Assembly (NCBI RefSeq): GCF_006345805.1
Contig: NC_042997.1
Span: 127,906,001 to 127,970,000, forward strand
Length of the DNA: 64,000 nucleotides
Source: Octopus sinensis
Lineage: Eukaryota
Direction of reading: 5' to 3'
Within the stretch, counting starts at the first letter, position 1. Every line of letters starts with the position of its first letter. The position numbers and the translations under genes were made by a program. The notes under the pieces are model-generated. The model was not told the origin of the DNA. It worked only from the letters and a program-made list of their open reading frames with translations, and made no database searches. Positions 1 to 12,337 of this stretch are shown here, piece by piece.

Positions 1-1976
1 GTTGCAAAGAAAGCAAAGATGGTAAGATACGACCAAAGAATGAAGAGATACCAGCAGAATAGGTTATTCAGAGTAGATCAGAAGAGATTCTACAAGGAAA
101 TAAATGGAGAGTGTACAGATGAAGAGTTGATACCAGATATCATTGAAAGCCAAAGGTGTTGGAGTGAAATTTGGAGCAAAGGCAAGGAGCACAAGAAGGA
201 TGCTGGATGCTTGCAAGAACTGAAACAAACAGTAGTCTGTCCAAAACAGGCAGAACTATTCATTTCAGTTAGGGAAGTGAAGGAAATCAGCAAACCAAAA
301 GGGCAACGGGAAGGCCCCGGGGGCAGATAGAGTTCAAGATTTGGTGAATGTCATACAGAATAGCTGTACAACTCAACATCTTGTTAAATACCGACCAAGT
401 AACACCAGAGTCGTTGACAATGGTAGGACAGTGCTGTGATTGAAAAACATCGAAAAAGGCAATACGGTAGACAATTACAGGCCAATTATGTGGAAATTAT
501 TGACTGGAGTAGTTGCAGAGTCAATGTAAGGACATCTAGAAAAAAGTGGAATCCTGCTACATGAGCAGAAGGTTTGCAGACGTAAGTGCAGAGGTACCAT
601 GGACTAACTCCTGGTAGACAAAACTGTACTTAGAAACTGCAAGAGGAGAAAAACTAAATTATCCATGTCATAAATTGATTATCGTAAGGTGTACGATATG
701 ATCCCGCATTCTTGAATTATGGAATGTATGAACCTACTGTTTCGAATGTTGAGCGATTGTTTGGAAAAAGTATGGCGAATTGGAGGACGGAACTGATAGC
801 ATATGGAAGATGTTTAAGGACAATAAAAACCAGGAGAGGCATCTTCCAAGGGGACTGCCTGCCCCCACTGATCTTTGTACTTTGCATGATACCACTAACA
901 CTGATTCTGAGGAAAGCAAAGGTTGGGTATGTATTCAAAAGCCTCCAACAAAAAGTCAACCAATTGTTATTCATGGATGACCTCAAACTTTATGATAAAG
1001 ATGAATCCCAAGTCAATTCCCTCGTTGGTACGGTGTATACTTTCAGTGCTGATATCAGAATGGAGTTCGGACTGAAAAAGTGTAGTGTGTTAGTCTTGAA
1101 GAGAGGCAAAATATGGACGGGCTGGTGATACCGCCGGGGGAGGTTATGAATGGAGACAGGTTATAAGTACTTGGGGATATTGAAAATGGATAAATTGATG
1201 GAGAAAGAAATGAAAGAAAAGTTCAAGGTGGAGTACTTGCACAGACTGAGACTGATCCTTAAGTCGAAATTAATCTCATCTCTTTTCATCTAGGTGGTTT
1301 CATAGAGCGCCCAATTAGATTAAACGGACAGAATAAGATTGAAGCTATCAACACCTGGGCGGTTTCACTACTTTGATATGGAGCAGGGGTAATCGCATGG
1401 ACAGTAAACGAACTAAACAGCTTAAAAAGACAAGGACGCTGCTGACTAGTTATGGGGTACTCCACCCAAAAAGTGACACTGACAGTCTGTATGCACCAAG
1501 AAAATGAGGTGGGAAAGAACTGATTGGATGCGAACACAGCATTAGAGCAGAAGAAAACAACATAACATGGTATGTAAAAATATGTCACAGAACCGCTATT
1601 ATTGGAAGAAGGTCAGGCTTGTGTAGGATGGACGATTACAAAGAAAAAAGGAAGATTACAAAGATAAAGGAAGAAAGAAAAGTCGATAGATATGACTGGT
1701 TAGCTTGGGTAGTTAAGCAGTTGTGGTCGCTGAAAAAGGTGGTAATAGTACCAATAACTGTCGGAGCCTTGGGAACAGTCAGCAAAAATCTTGAGAAGCA
1801 CATGGAACAAATAGGGGCTGCAATAAGAGTAGAGCACTTGCAGAAAACAGCACTGCTTGGAACCACTCGAATACTCCGGATGCTGCTCGAAAAATAAGGG
1901 GCGATACCTTAGTTCACTGGTAGTGAACAGCTTCCACCGTAGTACATCTCCAGCGATAGAAGCTGTGCAAAGACAA
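1..1976 (+). mobile_element. Degenerate R4/Dong-like RLE-type non-LTR retrotransposon (RT and C-terminal RLE region), continues off the left edge
   Basis: RT motifs GIFQGDCLPPLIF and LLFMDDLKLY (ORF 712-1128); RLE-clade C-terminus IVPITVGALGT...LQKTALLGTTRILR ending at 1897; many stops and frameshifts; followed by (TAA)n. Confidence 0.9.
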
Positions 1977-1978
1977 TA

Positions 1979-2041
<63 letters not shown>
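1977..2041 (+). repeat. (TAA)n tract, tail or target of the Dong-like element
   Basis: Pure TAA repeat directly after the 3' UTR. Confidence 0.95.
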
Positions 2042-2290
2042 TTCAAAAGATAGTGCTCATGGGAACTGCTCATATCCTACGCAAAATACTCTCTATGTAA
2101 TCCCAAGGTTTAAAACAAACTTTTTTTTTATGCATTAGACATTCACTAGTACAACACCAAAAAAAAAAAAGAAAAAAAAAAAAAAGAAACAAAAACAAAT
2201 ATATGGCACAGAACTTCCAACCTGTTGTCTCTTGAGGTCTCTGGGTGAGACTTGGAGCCAACTTGTACAGACATAAGGCAAAAGTCAAAC
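2042..2290 (+). mobile_element. 3' end of a second, different RLE-type LINE (heavily 5'-truncated)
   Basis: Reads QKIVLMGTAHILRKILSM* (same terminal motif as LQKTALLGTTRILR), then a short 3' UTR and a (TAA)/(TGA)n tract at 2291-2493. Confidence 0.75.
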
Positions 2291-2449
2291 ATAGAATAAT
2301 AATAATAATATAATAATAATAATGATGATGATGATGATGATAATAATAATAATAATATAATAATAATAATAAATAATAATAATAATAATAATAATAATTA
2401 ATAATAATAATAATAATATATAATAATAATAATAATAATGATGATGATG

Positions 2450-2493
<44 letters not shown>

Positions 2494-2693
2494 TCTTTCT
2501 ACTGGAAACTCAAGGTCTCAAATTTGTGGGGAGGGGATTAAGTCGATTACAACTGAAACTTATTTAATCGACCCCGAAAAGTCGAAAGGCAAAGTCAACC
2601 TCGGCGAAATTTGAACTCAGAATGTGAGGACGGACGAAATGCACCTAAGCATTTTGCCCGGCGTGCAAACGAGTTTGCCAGTTCGCCACCTTT
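2494..2693 (-). mobile_element. tRNA-derived SINE family M, tail type B
   Basis: Minus strand has A-box-like GGCGAACTGGC, B-box GAGTTCAAATT, central GACTTTGCCTTTC domain and a tail running into (TTA)n. Confidence 0.85.
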
Positions 2694-3849
2694 ATAATAA
2701 TAAAAAAAAAATTTCATCGTATTTAAGAACATTTTATCGCAATCCAAGTTGCAACATTTGATTTCTGTACAATATTAAAACACACGCATATATATCATAA
2801 TATGACAGTAAATATTGTGATAATAAAAAAACAAAGTAACAAGTACAGAATTAAAGCTAGTATCACATGACAGCAGACAGTACAGCATAACAGATGATAT
2901 ATAACAACAATAAAACGCAATGAAAATGAAACATGATGACATGACAATTTATCACATTCTGCATATGATACTACCACATAAGATTATATAAATAAATTAC
3001 ACAGAAGGACAATTATATTTCCTTGTATATCAGCAGGGGAGGCCATCGTTTATATTCCATGCACCAGCTTTTTTTTTCTCCGCGCATCAGTTCAGATTGA
3101 TGTCACGCAACTCTTGTACCCCCTACCCTCTAATCCTTGTATAAAACACGTTAATGCAGTTGCATTTAGCGTTCTCACCTGATGTAGAATTAATGGATCT
3201 TCGTCGATTTCGATGGCGAGTGATCGAAATTTTCAAATTTGAATTAACGTTAATTCTGAGTATTCAGCAGGTACTCCAGAATCGCCGCAACAGTTCGTGT
3301 GTGGGAGACGAGGCTGACTATCCAGGCTTCTTTGAAATCAATCCGAACGTTTTCCAACCACTTTCCATCAAGCCAATTTTATTCGGGTCGACTCGATTCA
3401 TTTGTCCAAGATACTGCGTAATCGCATCGAACCCACGATCGCATGACAACGACACAAAATTCTTAAATAATTCTGCCATGCGTCTACCCTTTGATATGAG
3501 AAAAGATGTCAACGTTATTTACTTTCATGAGACTTTTGAGTGTTTCGAGTCTGCAAAGTTTTTACTGTTTGGAATTTAGTTAAACACCGAGAGCAGCAGA
3601 AAATTCTTCGAATTTAAATCAGCCAACCATGACCTGTCTTTTATTTATTTATTTATTTTTCTATTTATTAACAGTTTCCTGGATGAAAGCATTTGTTCAC
3701 ATCTGTACGTCGTTCCGAAACGACAAATGTCACCGTGGGCAAAATTTCTTGTTCTAATAAATGTTTGCAGGGTTTAATGATCGCCTGAAATTAATCCTGT
3801 CAACAGCATTTGGAACTGAAGGAAGCTCATCAAATTTCACTTTCAATAA

Positions 3850-5340
3850 TTAATTTGTTTTCAAGTCAATACGTTATATTTGTACGTTAAGGGGCATTTT
3901 TATGCTTTTTTCTTTCTTTTTTTCCTTTCTCTCATTTCTTGTTTGCTAAAAGAAAATGGGTTTTAAAATGCAAGTATACAGTTTTCTTCTTTGACAAAAT
4001 AACGAAAACTACTTTCAAATGACTTTTTACAATAACCAGATTTTTTTCAACGTATTTTGTAAAATTCCCATTAATCCTCAGCATATTCGTTCCGCCCTTT
4101 TATGACTGGAACTATTTTCTAGCTGTAAGATTAAGGGTTTAATTTCGGATCCAATGCAACGCTATCGCTTACTACGTTACGAAACAGTTTGGTCTTACCT
4201 TGCAGTTTCAAATTTAGATCACTGAGATGCCAAGCTATATCGACTCTAATTGCTAAATCAAATACGTTCCTAATTTATATAACGTAATAGGGGTTCTTTC
4301 GGGCAGTTCATTTTCTCTTCTAGAAAATTATGAATTAAATTTTCAATTTCCAAAATCTACTTAGAATCTGTCCTCCAGAAAGCTAAACGACCTCTCAATG
4401 AAGAACAAGATTGTCATATTTGAAATCTATCATTTCGCAATATCCCCTGAAATCTCGTCTGTTTAATGCTGTCATCTTAATTTATTCACGCGTTTCACGG
4501 CTGTTATTATAAAGCTTTTCTACACAATGGCTCCTTGTAGTAAATGATACAATTATGTTAATAGAAGACGATTTGAATAGTTTGAACCAAAATTACAGCC
4601 CCAGTGGCTTCATCGATCATCAATGGAGCTCCGCCCATACAAATGCTAATGAGTTTACCGAAATTTACTCGTAGAACTTCTAAGTACGATTTAGCTTTGT
4701 CAAATATTCCTCATCCTCTCAGTAAAGTAGCGAGAGTGAGTTCTACCCGGGATAGCACAAGAGTCTGCACCATCCTCGTAGGAGGAGGGGAGGGCATACA
4801 AGCTTATACAGGCTTATACATATTTCTTTACTACCCACAATGGGCTAAACACAGAGGGGACAAACAAGGACAGACAAACAGATTAAGTCGATTACATCGA
4901 CCCCAGTGCATAACTATACTTAATTCATCGACCCCGAAAGGATGAAAGGCAAAGTCGACCTCGGCGGAATTTGAACTCACAACGTAGCGGCAGACGAAAT
5001 ACCGCTAAGCATTTCGCCCGGCGTGCTAACGCTTCTGCCAGCTCGCCACCTTATACAGGCTTATACAACAGACCCAAATGTGCCATATCCATAAAAGCGT
5101 CGTCCGAGGCGAAGAACCCTACCCCGCCTCCCTCTAGCGCTCCTACCTCACCACCACCACCACCACCTCGCTACGCTACTGAATTCCTTTATGCTTCCGT
5201 GAAGCGACACAAGACCGTTAAGTTCTTCAAAGATGCTAAAACTGTTACCAGTTCCTCTAATGAAAATACGAAACTGAGCTATATCACATATGTCGGTAGA
5301 TTTTTCCTTCAAAGCTAAATAACGTAAAAGCGCGCTACTT
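3850..5340 (-). mobile_element. hAT (Charlie/SPIN/GTF2IRD2-like) transposase relic, interrupted by a SINE
   Basis: ALKEKSTDICDIAQFRIFIRG...FEELNGLVSLHG (about 5170-5340) matches the hAT LALDESTD...QLLIFIRG motif; LISICMGGAPLM and HNCIIYYKEPLCRKAL match SICTDGAPAM and HCIIHQEALCAK; further decayed coding sequence to about 4150; boundaries approximate. Confidence 0.8.
4821..5051 (-). mobile_element. SINE family M, tail type A, full length with TSD
   Basis: Pol III A/B boxes; tail ends GTAGTAAAGAAATA; CTTATACAGGCTTATACA duplicated at 4803-4820 and 5050-5067. Confidence 0.95.
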
Positions 5341-5907
5341 ACTTTAATGGCAGCTGTTTGGGTTAATGTACTTGTTATTGGGGTTGATGTCATAATTATA
5401 GATATAGTTATTACTGTGGTTGTTATTCGACTTGTTATAGTTGCTGGTGTTATTGTTTTGGCAATTGTTGTTATTACAGTGGTTGTTTTCGTTGTGGTTG
5501 TTATAGTTGTTGTTGTTGTTATTATAGGTGTTATGATTTCTGTTGTAAACTGTTTTATGTAATAAAGATGAAATGATCAGGTGTGACAGCTTTGCTATAT
5601 TGTAGTTTTCTCTTTAATGTGAAGTATTGTAATGTATAGTGCAACGTTTTGTTGTTGTTGTTGCTGCTGCTGTTGTTGTTTGGCCTCGAGTCAGCTCTGT
5701 TCAATCAGGTCTTTGATAGGTTTGCTGTTGGTCGATCAATTTGATCCAATTCGCGGAACAATTTCACCAGTTATAACATGTATCTCAGCACCATACTGCA
5801 CACTCCGACATACAGTATAGAGTGCAGTATCATACAGAAGACAAGTTGTCGTACAGTGTAGTGTTTTATGGCGTACTAATGCGTTGTTGTTGCTGCTGTT
5901 TCTAGTG

Positions 5908-6006
5908 TTCTTCTTCTTCTTCTTCTTCTTCTTCTTCTTCTTCTTCTTCTTCTTCTTCTTCTTCTTCTTCTTCTTCTTCTTCTTCTTCTTCTTCTTCTTC
6001 TTCTTC
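5908..6006 (+). repeat. (TTC)33 microsatellite
   Basis: Pure triplet repeat; source of the poly-F and poly-K ORFs. Confidence 0.97.
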
Positions 6007-6399
6007 TTTGTCTTTTTGTTTAGTACCAAACTAGTCCTGAATATGATCCAATTTATTTCTACTATGAAAGTAAAAATTTTACTTGGGCCGACTCGATTCA
6101 TTTGTCCAAGATACTGCATAATCGCATCGAACCCAGGATCTCCAATGCGTCTACCCTTTGATATGAGAAAAAAATTCAACGTTATTTACTTTCATGATTA
6201 AATAACTTATGATCAAATTTATTTCTAATATCACACGATGTTTATGGTGTGGTTCACTTGTGTATTTTTAAAATTCAATGGGATAAAATTTGAGGGAATT
6301 CGCTGGATATTTCTAGCAGGTGAAGTAACTACATTGAGGTTTCCTCATTTGGTTGGTTTGTTTACTCAAGGGAAAGTATCTCTTCTGAAGTTGGAACCT

Positions 6400-7020
6400 T
6401 TCCCTGGAGTTTTCACCATCTGATTTTGGCCGTACTTTCCCACCTATGCCCATGGTGGTGGATAAGGTTCGTCACGCCAATTAATTTTTTGGTCTGCTTC
6501 GTGATCTAGACCATTTTATTGATGTCCATTTTTATTTCTTTATTGCCCACAAGGGGATAAACATAGAGGGGACAAACAAGGAAAGATAAACGGATTAAGT
6601 CGATTACATCGATGCCAGTGTGTAACTGCTACTTAATTTATCAACCCCGAAAGGATGAAAGGCAAAGTCAACCTCGGCGGAATTTGAACTCAGAACGCAG
6701 CAGCGGACGAAATACCACAAAGCATTTCGCCCGGCGTGCTAACGTTTCTGCCAGCTCGCCGCCTTGATGTCCATCCTATCGCTCTTAACATCCACTTGTT
6801 GTCCTTAAATCGGGTGACGTAACCGCCCCATCTATGTTTGCTATTCTTCATGGAAGGGATGACATCACCGATATTCTTGTTAGCTGTTACACCCTGCCAA
6901 AGACGTCACTTCAAGCGCAATTCTTCTCTTATTCTCAAGGAAAATATCGCCTTCTTGTGTCACCGTTTTCATAATGTAAACGTAAATGTACACCCACGAC
7001 ATGATCTGACCGTCTAAGGC
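6400..7020 (-). mobile_element. RTE-type LINE 3' coding fragment split by a SINE
   Basis: Removing the SINE gives KHRWGGYVTRFKDNKWMLRAIGW...RSRPKINWRDE, the typical RTE WxGHxxR...W...RP..RWxD C-terminus. Confidence 0.75.
6530..6765 (-). mobile_element. SINE family M, tail A, with TSD
   Basis: TTGATGTCCAT at 6519-6529 and 6764-6774. Confidence 0.95.
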
Positions 7021-7084
7021 TGGTGGTTCTGAATATTATCACTCAAGACTTTAATTTTCAATTGTTTTCTTTACTTCACACACT

Positions 7085-7115
<31 letters not shown>

Positions 7116-7130
7116 GCTTCACTTTTTACC

Positions 7131-7490
7131 CTTTTACTCTTTTACTTGTTTCAGTCATGTGACTGTGGCCATGCTGGAGCACTGCCTTTAGTCGAGCAAA
7201 TCGATCCCAGGACTTATTCTATCTGTCTCTTTTGCCGAACCGCTAAGTTACGGGGACATAAACACATCACCATCGATTGTCAAGCGATGTTGGGTGGACA
7301 ATCACAGACACACAAGCATATACACACACATACATATATATATATATATACATATATACGAAGGGCTTCTTTCAGTTTCTATCTACCAAATCCACTCACA
7401 AGGCTTTGGTCGGCCCGAGGCTATAGTAGTAGACACTTGCCCAAGGTGCCACGCAGTGGGACTGAACCCGGAACCATGTGGTTCGTAAGT
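7131..7490 (-). mobile_element. Composite SINE family C (tRNA head, CORE-like CACCTTGGGCAAGTGTCTT, internal microsatellite, conserved 3' module)
   Basis: Head GGTTCCGGGTTCAGTCCCACTGCGTGGCACCTTGGGCAAG; 3' module CCAGCATGGCCACAGTC...TGACTGAAACAAGTAAAAGAGTA. Confidence 0.9.
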
Positions 7491-8084
7491 GAACAGTTTT
7501 GTTATTGATTAAAACAACAAATATGAGAACTGTACCCAACGAATCCAACGAGTGATAGGTATAATAAGCATCATTTGATAAACGCAGAATTTAAATGTAA
7601 AGTACTATCAATTTCATGCTCGGGTAGTAGCACAGTAATCGGACAAGCTTGTATAATGTAATCAATCTGGCGCCAACTCGAACCCATGAATTTGAACCAG
7701 AACGAATGCGGGATAGTACACGGCACGCAAACAAGCTTGTCCAATTACTGTACCATCCAAGCATGAAACAGAATTCAGCGATTTTTTAAAGCTTTGCTCA
7801 AAACTCTTTTGAACTGATCAAACCAGTTTGATTAATATTTTCTTAATGGATGTCTCTTTCATAATTATTGGGATTTCTCTTTTTTCCACTAATGGTTGCC
7901 CATCCAATTGCCTGCACAGTTTTAAATGCCTATATTAAGGAGATAATGACATGGTCATCTTGCAACAAATTGGCCAATATTGGAATATTGATCCTTTAAA
8001 ATGAATTCTTTCATGCTTTGAGAGGAGTTGGAAGACTTCTCATGACTGAGGTTACTAAGCAAATATTAGTAACCGTGGGGTTCT

Positions 8085-8295
8085 TAAAGGGAGGCGCTGG
8101 TAGAATCGTTAGCACACCGGACAAAATGCTTAGCAGTATTTCGTTCGTCTTTGCGTTCTTAGTTCAAATTCTGCCGAGGTCAACTTTGCTCTTCATCTTT
8201 TCGACATCGATAAAGTACCAATTGTGCAATGGGGTCGATGTAATCGACTTATCCCCTCTTCAAAGCTTCAGATTTTGTGGCTAAAGTAGAGAGGA
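8085..8295 (+). mobile_element. SINE family M, tail B, diverged
   Basis: GGTAGAATCGTTAGCACACCGG head, AGTTCAAATTCTGCCGAGGTCAACTTTGC core. Confidence 0.8.
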
Positions 8296-8464
8296 TTATA
8301 TAGGGCTGTTGTTTTTTATTCCACAAGTCAGTCCTGATTCTATAAATCTATAATCAAAGACGATCTAGTTGTGACAATCCTATATTTTATCTAAACAGTT
8401 TCTCTAAGACTCAATTAACCAATATCTTTTTGAGGAGTATGGAACCATTCCATAGTGTTAAGTA

Positions 8465-8745
8465 AAGGCGCGTGTTTTATTGCTTAGGGTATTCGGTTCA
8501 CGATTGTAAGGTCATGAGTTCGATTCCCAGTGGTGCATTGTGTCTTTGAGCAAGACACTTTATTTCACGTTGCTCCATTCCTCTCAGCTGGCCACAATGA
8601 GTTGTAATTCAAAGGTCCAACTTTCTCACATTCTGTGTCACGCTGACTCTCCCTCAGAACTTTGTTAAGGGCACCTGTGTCAGTGGAATGCTCAGCCACT
8701 TGCACGTTAATTTCACGAGCAAGTTGTGCCATTGATGGAGAGTCA
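8465..8745 (+). mobile_element. A third tRNA-derived SINE family
   Basis: tRNA-like head with B box GAGTTCGATTCCC, CORE-like GTCTTTGAGCAAGACACTTT, downstream CCACTTGCACGTTAATTTCACGAGC. Confidence 0.7.
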
Positions 8746-10193
8746 GTTACAGTGTATATTAGCGTAATACAGAGAAGTGTAATGTTTGAAACGGCTCCGG
8801 TATTTTCATAGCATAATTTGAAGCTAGTGGGTGCCTAAAGGTCATGTCTCCTCTGCACCATATCAATATTTCAAAACTAACTGTTAGATATATTCCTTTT
8901 ATAGGTGTATGTATTCCTCCTATGTGGAAACATGTAAAAGTAGGGACATCGCCAGAATCAACGCTCATGCAACACCATCTAACAGACATCTATCTGAGTA
9001 AAAGATAACATATTCGATTCTTCTTGCCCATATGTCCTGTAGACATAGAATAAAGTAATAATTTATTTCTGAAAGAAATCAATGTAAGTTATTGGCCAAT
9101 GCTGTGTTCCCTACTCATTAGAATTTCTGTGAGTATAGCAAATAAAATACCTAGAAAATATTATTGTATCTGAAAATAAATATTGAGAGGCTAATATTCT
9201 TACAACCTTTGTTCATAAAATATTGGACATTATAACTTACTTTACGGAGATAGCGTTGATACTACGGCTACTTTATAGATACAGCGCTGATATCGAAGCT
9301 ACCTCGTAAATATAACGTTGATGTAGATATGAATTGATGTAAATATAACATTTATAACCCGTGAAATGCGGTCCTTGTATTGCTCAGATGACTTCGCTAG
9401 ATGCAGTAGATAGGCAGATATTACCTAGGTGACATAATTACTAGTAGAAACGTAGCAATAGTATTATTAACTAGAGTAGAAGAGAATGGCTGAAAGAAAT
9501 ACAAAGTGCAGTAAATAACGAAATATTTTCTCCTCCTCCACTCTTCCGCCCCCCTTCTCTCTCTCTCTATCTATCTATCTATCTCTCCCTCCACTAATCT
9601 GTATCCGTGGTAAGAGGCTACGAAATATGGTCACATAATACGATGTTACATAAGCACTGTATGTGAATCTACGGAAACTACAAATATTACTCAATGCACT
9701 ATCTATAAGAAATGCTCTTGCTGTTACCGTTTAGCCCCTGGTCAGGTCTAAACAAGTTGAGCAATGATCAAAAGCACTCCGGATGTGACTATTCTATGTC
9801 ATTAAGTGTATTTATATATACATTATCTAATATGTCATTTCTGAACAGCAGAGTATGATTTAAGGAAGTTTTTTTGTTGATTTTTTTTAGCAGATCAAAG
9901 AACTATGCAGAGGTTCCGTCGTGCAATTTCACATTATTCTGAGACATTAACAATGAAGATGGAAGATCTGTAGGAACTTGGGATTAATGACTTGCATAGG
10001 ATTATTTTAGTTGTGCAATTACCATTTACAGAGGAGGAGAACAAATAAAATGTAACTCGGGTATAATGAATCATGGCTTTCATGGCTGGTTCATAGATTT
10101 AACATGGATGTTAGTTATTTTATACATCTGATATCGATATTGAAGCTACGTCACATATTTAACAAATGTCATGAGGTATATGTGTACACATAC

Positions 10194-10267
<74 letters not shown>

Positions 10268-10456
10268 AGTAAAAGGTAAGCAACGTTTTGAACCATGAAG
10301 AATTTGTGTCGGATTTTTGCAGAGTTTCGATTTTTTTAAACATTTTTTTTAGCATTTTTTTTTTTTGCAGTTGTCTGATAATACAGACATAGACTTGCCT
10401 AAATGCATCAATAAATTTACATTTATACTTTTTCACCGTTGTTACAATCTTCTGTA

Positions 10457-11439
10457 ATGGAATTGTCAAAGCGCGATATTCGAACAATTTTGATATTCAA
10501 CTTCAAAAAAGGACGCAAAGCAGCTGAAACTGCTCGCGATATCAACGAAACGTTTGGTGAGGAAATGACCAGTGAGTGGCCAGCTCGAAAGTGTTTTAAA
10601 CGATTTCACAAGACCTGAGCCTTGAAGATCGTGACCGAGGTGGACGCCCATTTGTCATCGATGTCAGTCAATTAAAGACCGTCATTGAGAAAGATTCACG
10701 TAAAACAACTCGGGAACTAGCAAAAGAACTTCAAGTTAGCCAGAAAAACTACCTGCAACCATTTGCATGCGATCAGAAACTCAAAAAAGCTCGATAAATG
10801 GGTATTACACGATTTGAATGAAAATCAGAAAATGCGCAGATATGAAATTTGCTCGTCGCTTCTTCTCCATAACCAGACCGATCCATTTCTCGACCGTATT
10901 GTAACTTGCGATGAAAAGTGGATTCTGTACAATAATAAAAGACGTTTCTTCGCAGTGGTTGGACCAAAATGAAGCACCGAAAACCTTCCCTAAACCCAAA
11001 CTCTTCAAAAAGAAGGTTATGGTGACTGTTTTGTGATGTACTGCCAGACTCATCCACAATAACTTCTTAAATCCCGGAAAAATCATTACTGCAGAAACAT
11101 ATTGCCATGAAATTGCCAAAATGAACGAAAAGCTATTACTCCTACGTCCCGTGCTGGTCAGCAGAAGAGAGCCAATCATTCTTCATGACAATGCTCGATC
11201 ACACGGTTCACTAATGACACTCCAGAAGTTGAGGGAACTTGGATACGAAATTCTTCCCCACCCAGTTTATTCCCCAGACCTTTCTCCTACAGACTACCAC
11301 TTTTTCAAGCAACTTGATGGTTACCTGCGAAAGAAGCAGTTAAAAACTCAAACTGATGCTGAAATGCGTTCAAAGAGTTCATCAGCTCCAGAACTCCAGA
11401 TTTTTATGTTACCAGAATAAACAAATTTGTAACTCGTTG

Positions 11440-11440
<1 letters not shown>
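10457..11440 (+). pseudogene. mariner transposase pseudogene, Hsmar1/cecropia-like (DD34D)
   Basis: MELSKRDIRTILIFNFKKGRKAAETARDINETFG; KKLDKWVLHDL; DRIVTCDEKWILY; ILHDNARSH; HPVYSPDLSPTDYHFF; frameshifts and stops; 3' end lost into (TA)n. Confidence 0.95.
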
Positions 11441-11470
<30 letters not shown>

Positions 11471-11476
<6 letters not shown>

Positions 11477-12210
11477 GTTGCCCATTGGTGTCCGATGATG
11501 ACGGAGTCGGTGTTCTCACCGATGAGAGTGCATGTGACTCCGCAGTTTAAAGCTGGAAGCAGACAAATGCTTACAAATATCACAATGATAGATTGTCGAC
11601 TTGATTGTGACGGATACTGCCCTATGACGACTTTCTCTTGCAGTTCGTGAGGTGAGAGATCTTCGCGCTGATCTGTCTGCGGTAAAGACTTTAAGTTCGC
11701 TGCTCCATCTGAGGTTGCTTTTCAGGGTGTCTTTGTACATCAGTTTAGGCTTTCCTTGTTAGCGTGAGGCCTGCGTGAGTTTGCTGTACAACTGTCTGGA
11801 TACACGGTTGTCATGCATTCTGAAGACAGGGCCAATCCAGTGTAACTGATCCTTCAGAAACATTGACTAAATGCTTGTTGAACTACCTCTGTCCAGCACT
11901 TCTTGGTTTGTCACTCTGACCTGCCAGCGAATGCCCATGATCTGGTATAGTGCCCTGTTGCAGCTGTTTGATGTGCTGGCGGCATGGGGTCCAGAGTAGT
12001 GCAGAGATGACTTTAGCTGTAGACCTTTAGCTTTTTTCGATAGGCTGATGCCTTTCTGCTGAAGGACTTTCACCTTCAGCCTTCCAATTGTTTGGCTGGC
12101 CTTGTGGATTCTGGATGAGATTTTGCTGTCCAGTGATCCATTGGCTGAGATTGTACTACCAGGGTACTTCAAACTCTTCGCACATTTAAACTGGACTCCC
12201 TCAATGGCAG
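11471..12210 (-). mobile_element. RTE/BovB-like LINE 3' fragment with terminal C2H2-like finger and 3' UTR
   Basis: LKYPGSTISANGSLDSKISSRIHKASQTIGRL; C-terminus YHCDICKHLSASSFKLRSHMHSHR*; ends in (TA)n. Confidence 0.9.
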
Positions 12211-12337
12211 CACACACACACACACACACATACACACACATGTATATATAAATGCATACACACACATATATATATTCATACATACTTACACGCATATATA
12301 TAAAAATGCGCGCGTGTGTGTACGTGTTAATCTATGC

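Noticed and set aside
3676-3740. Hammerhead-like CTGGATGA...CGAAAC...GTC
   Set aside because: Core has an extra base, and neither stem I nor stem II can pair
4960-5051. tRNA genes suggested by A and B boxes here and in many similar copies
   Set aside because: No complete cloverleaf; all are heads of SINEs with body, tail and often a TSD
8890-9005. Possible terminal exon GVCIPPMWKHVKVGTSPESTLMQHHLTDIYLSKR*
   Set aside because: Only an acceptor-like site supports it; no linked exons or recognisable domain
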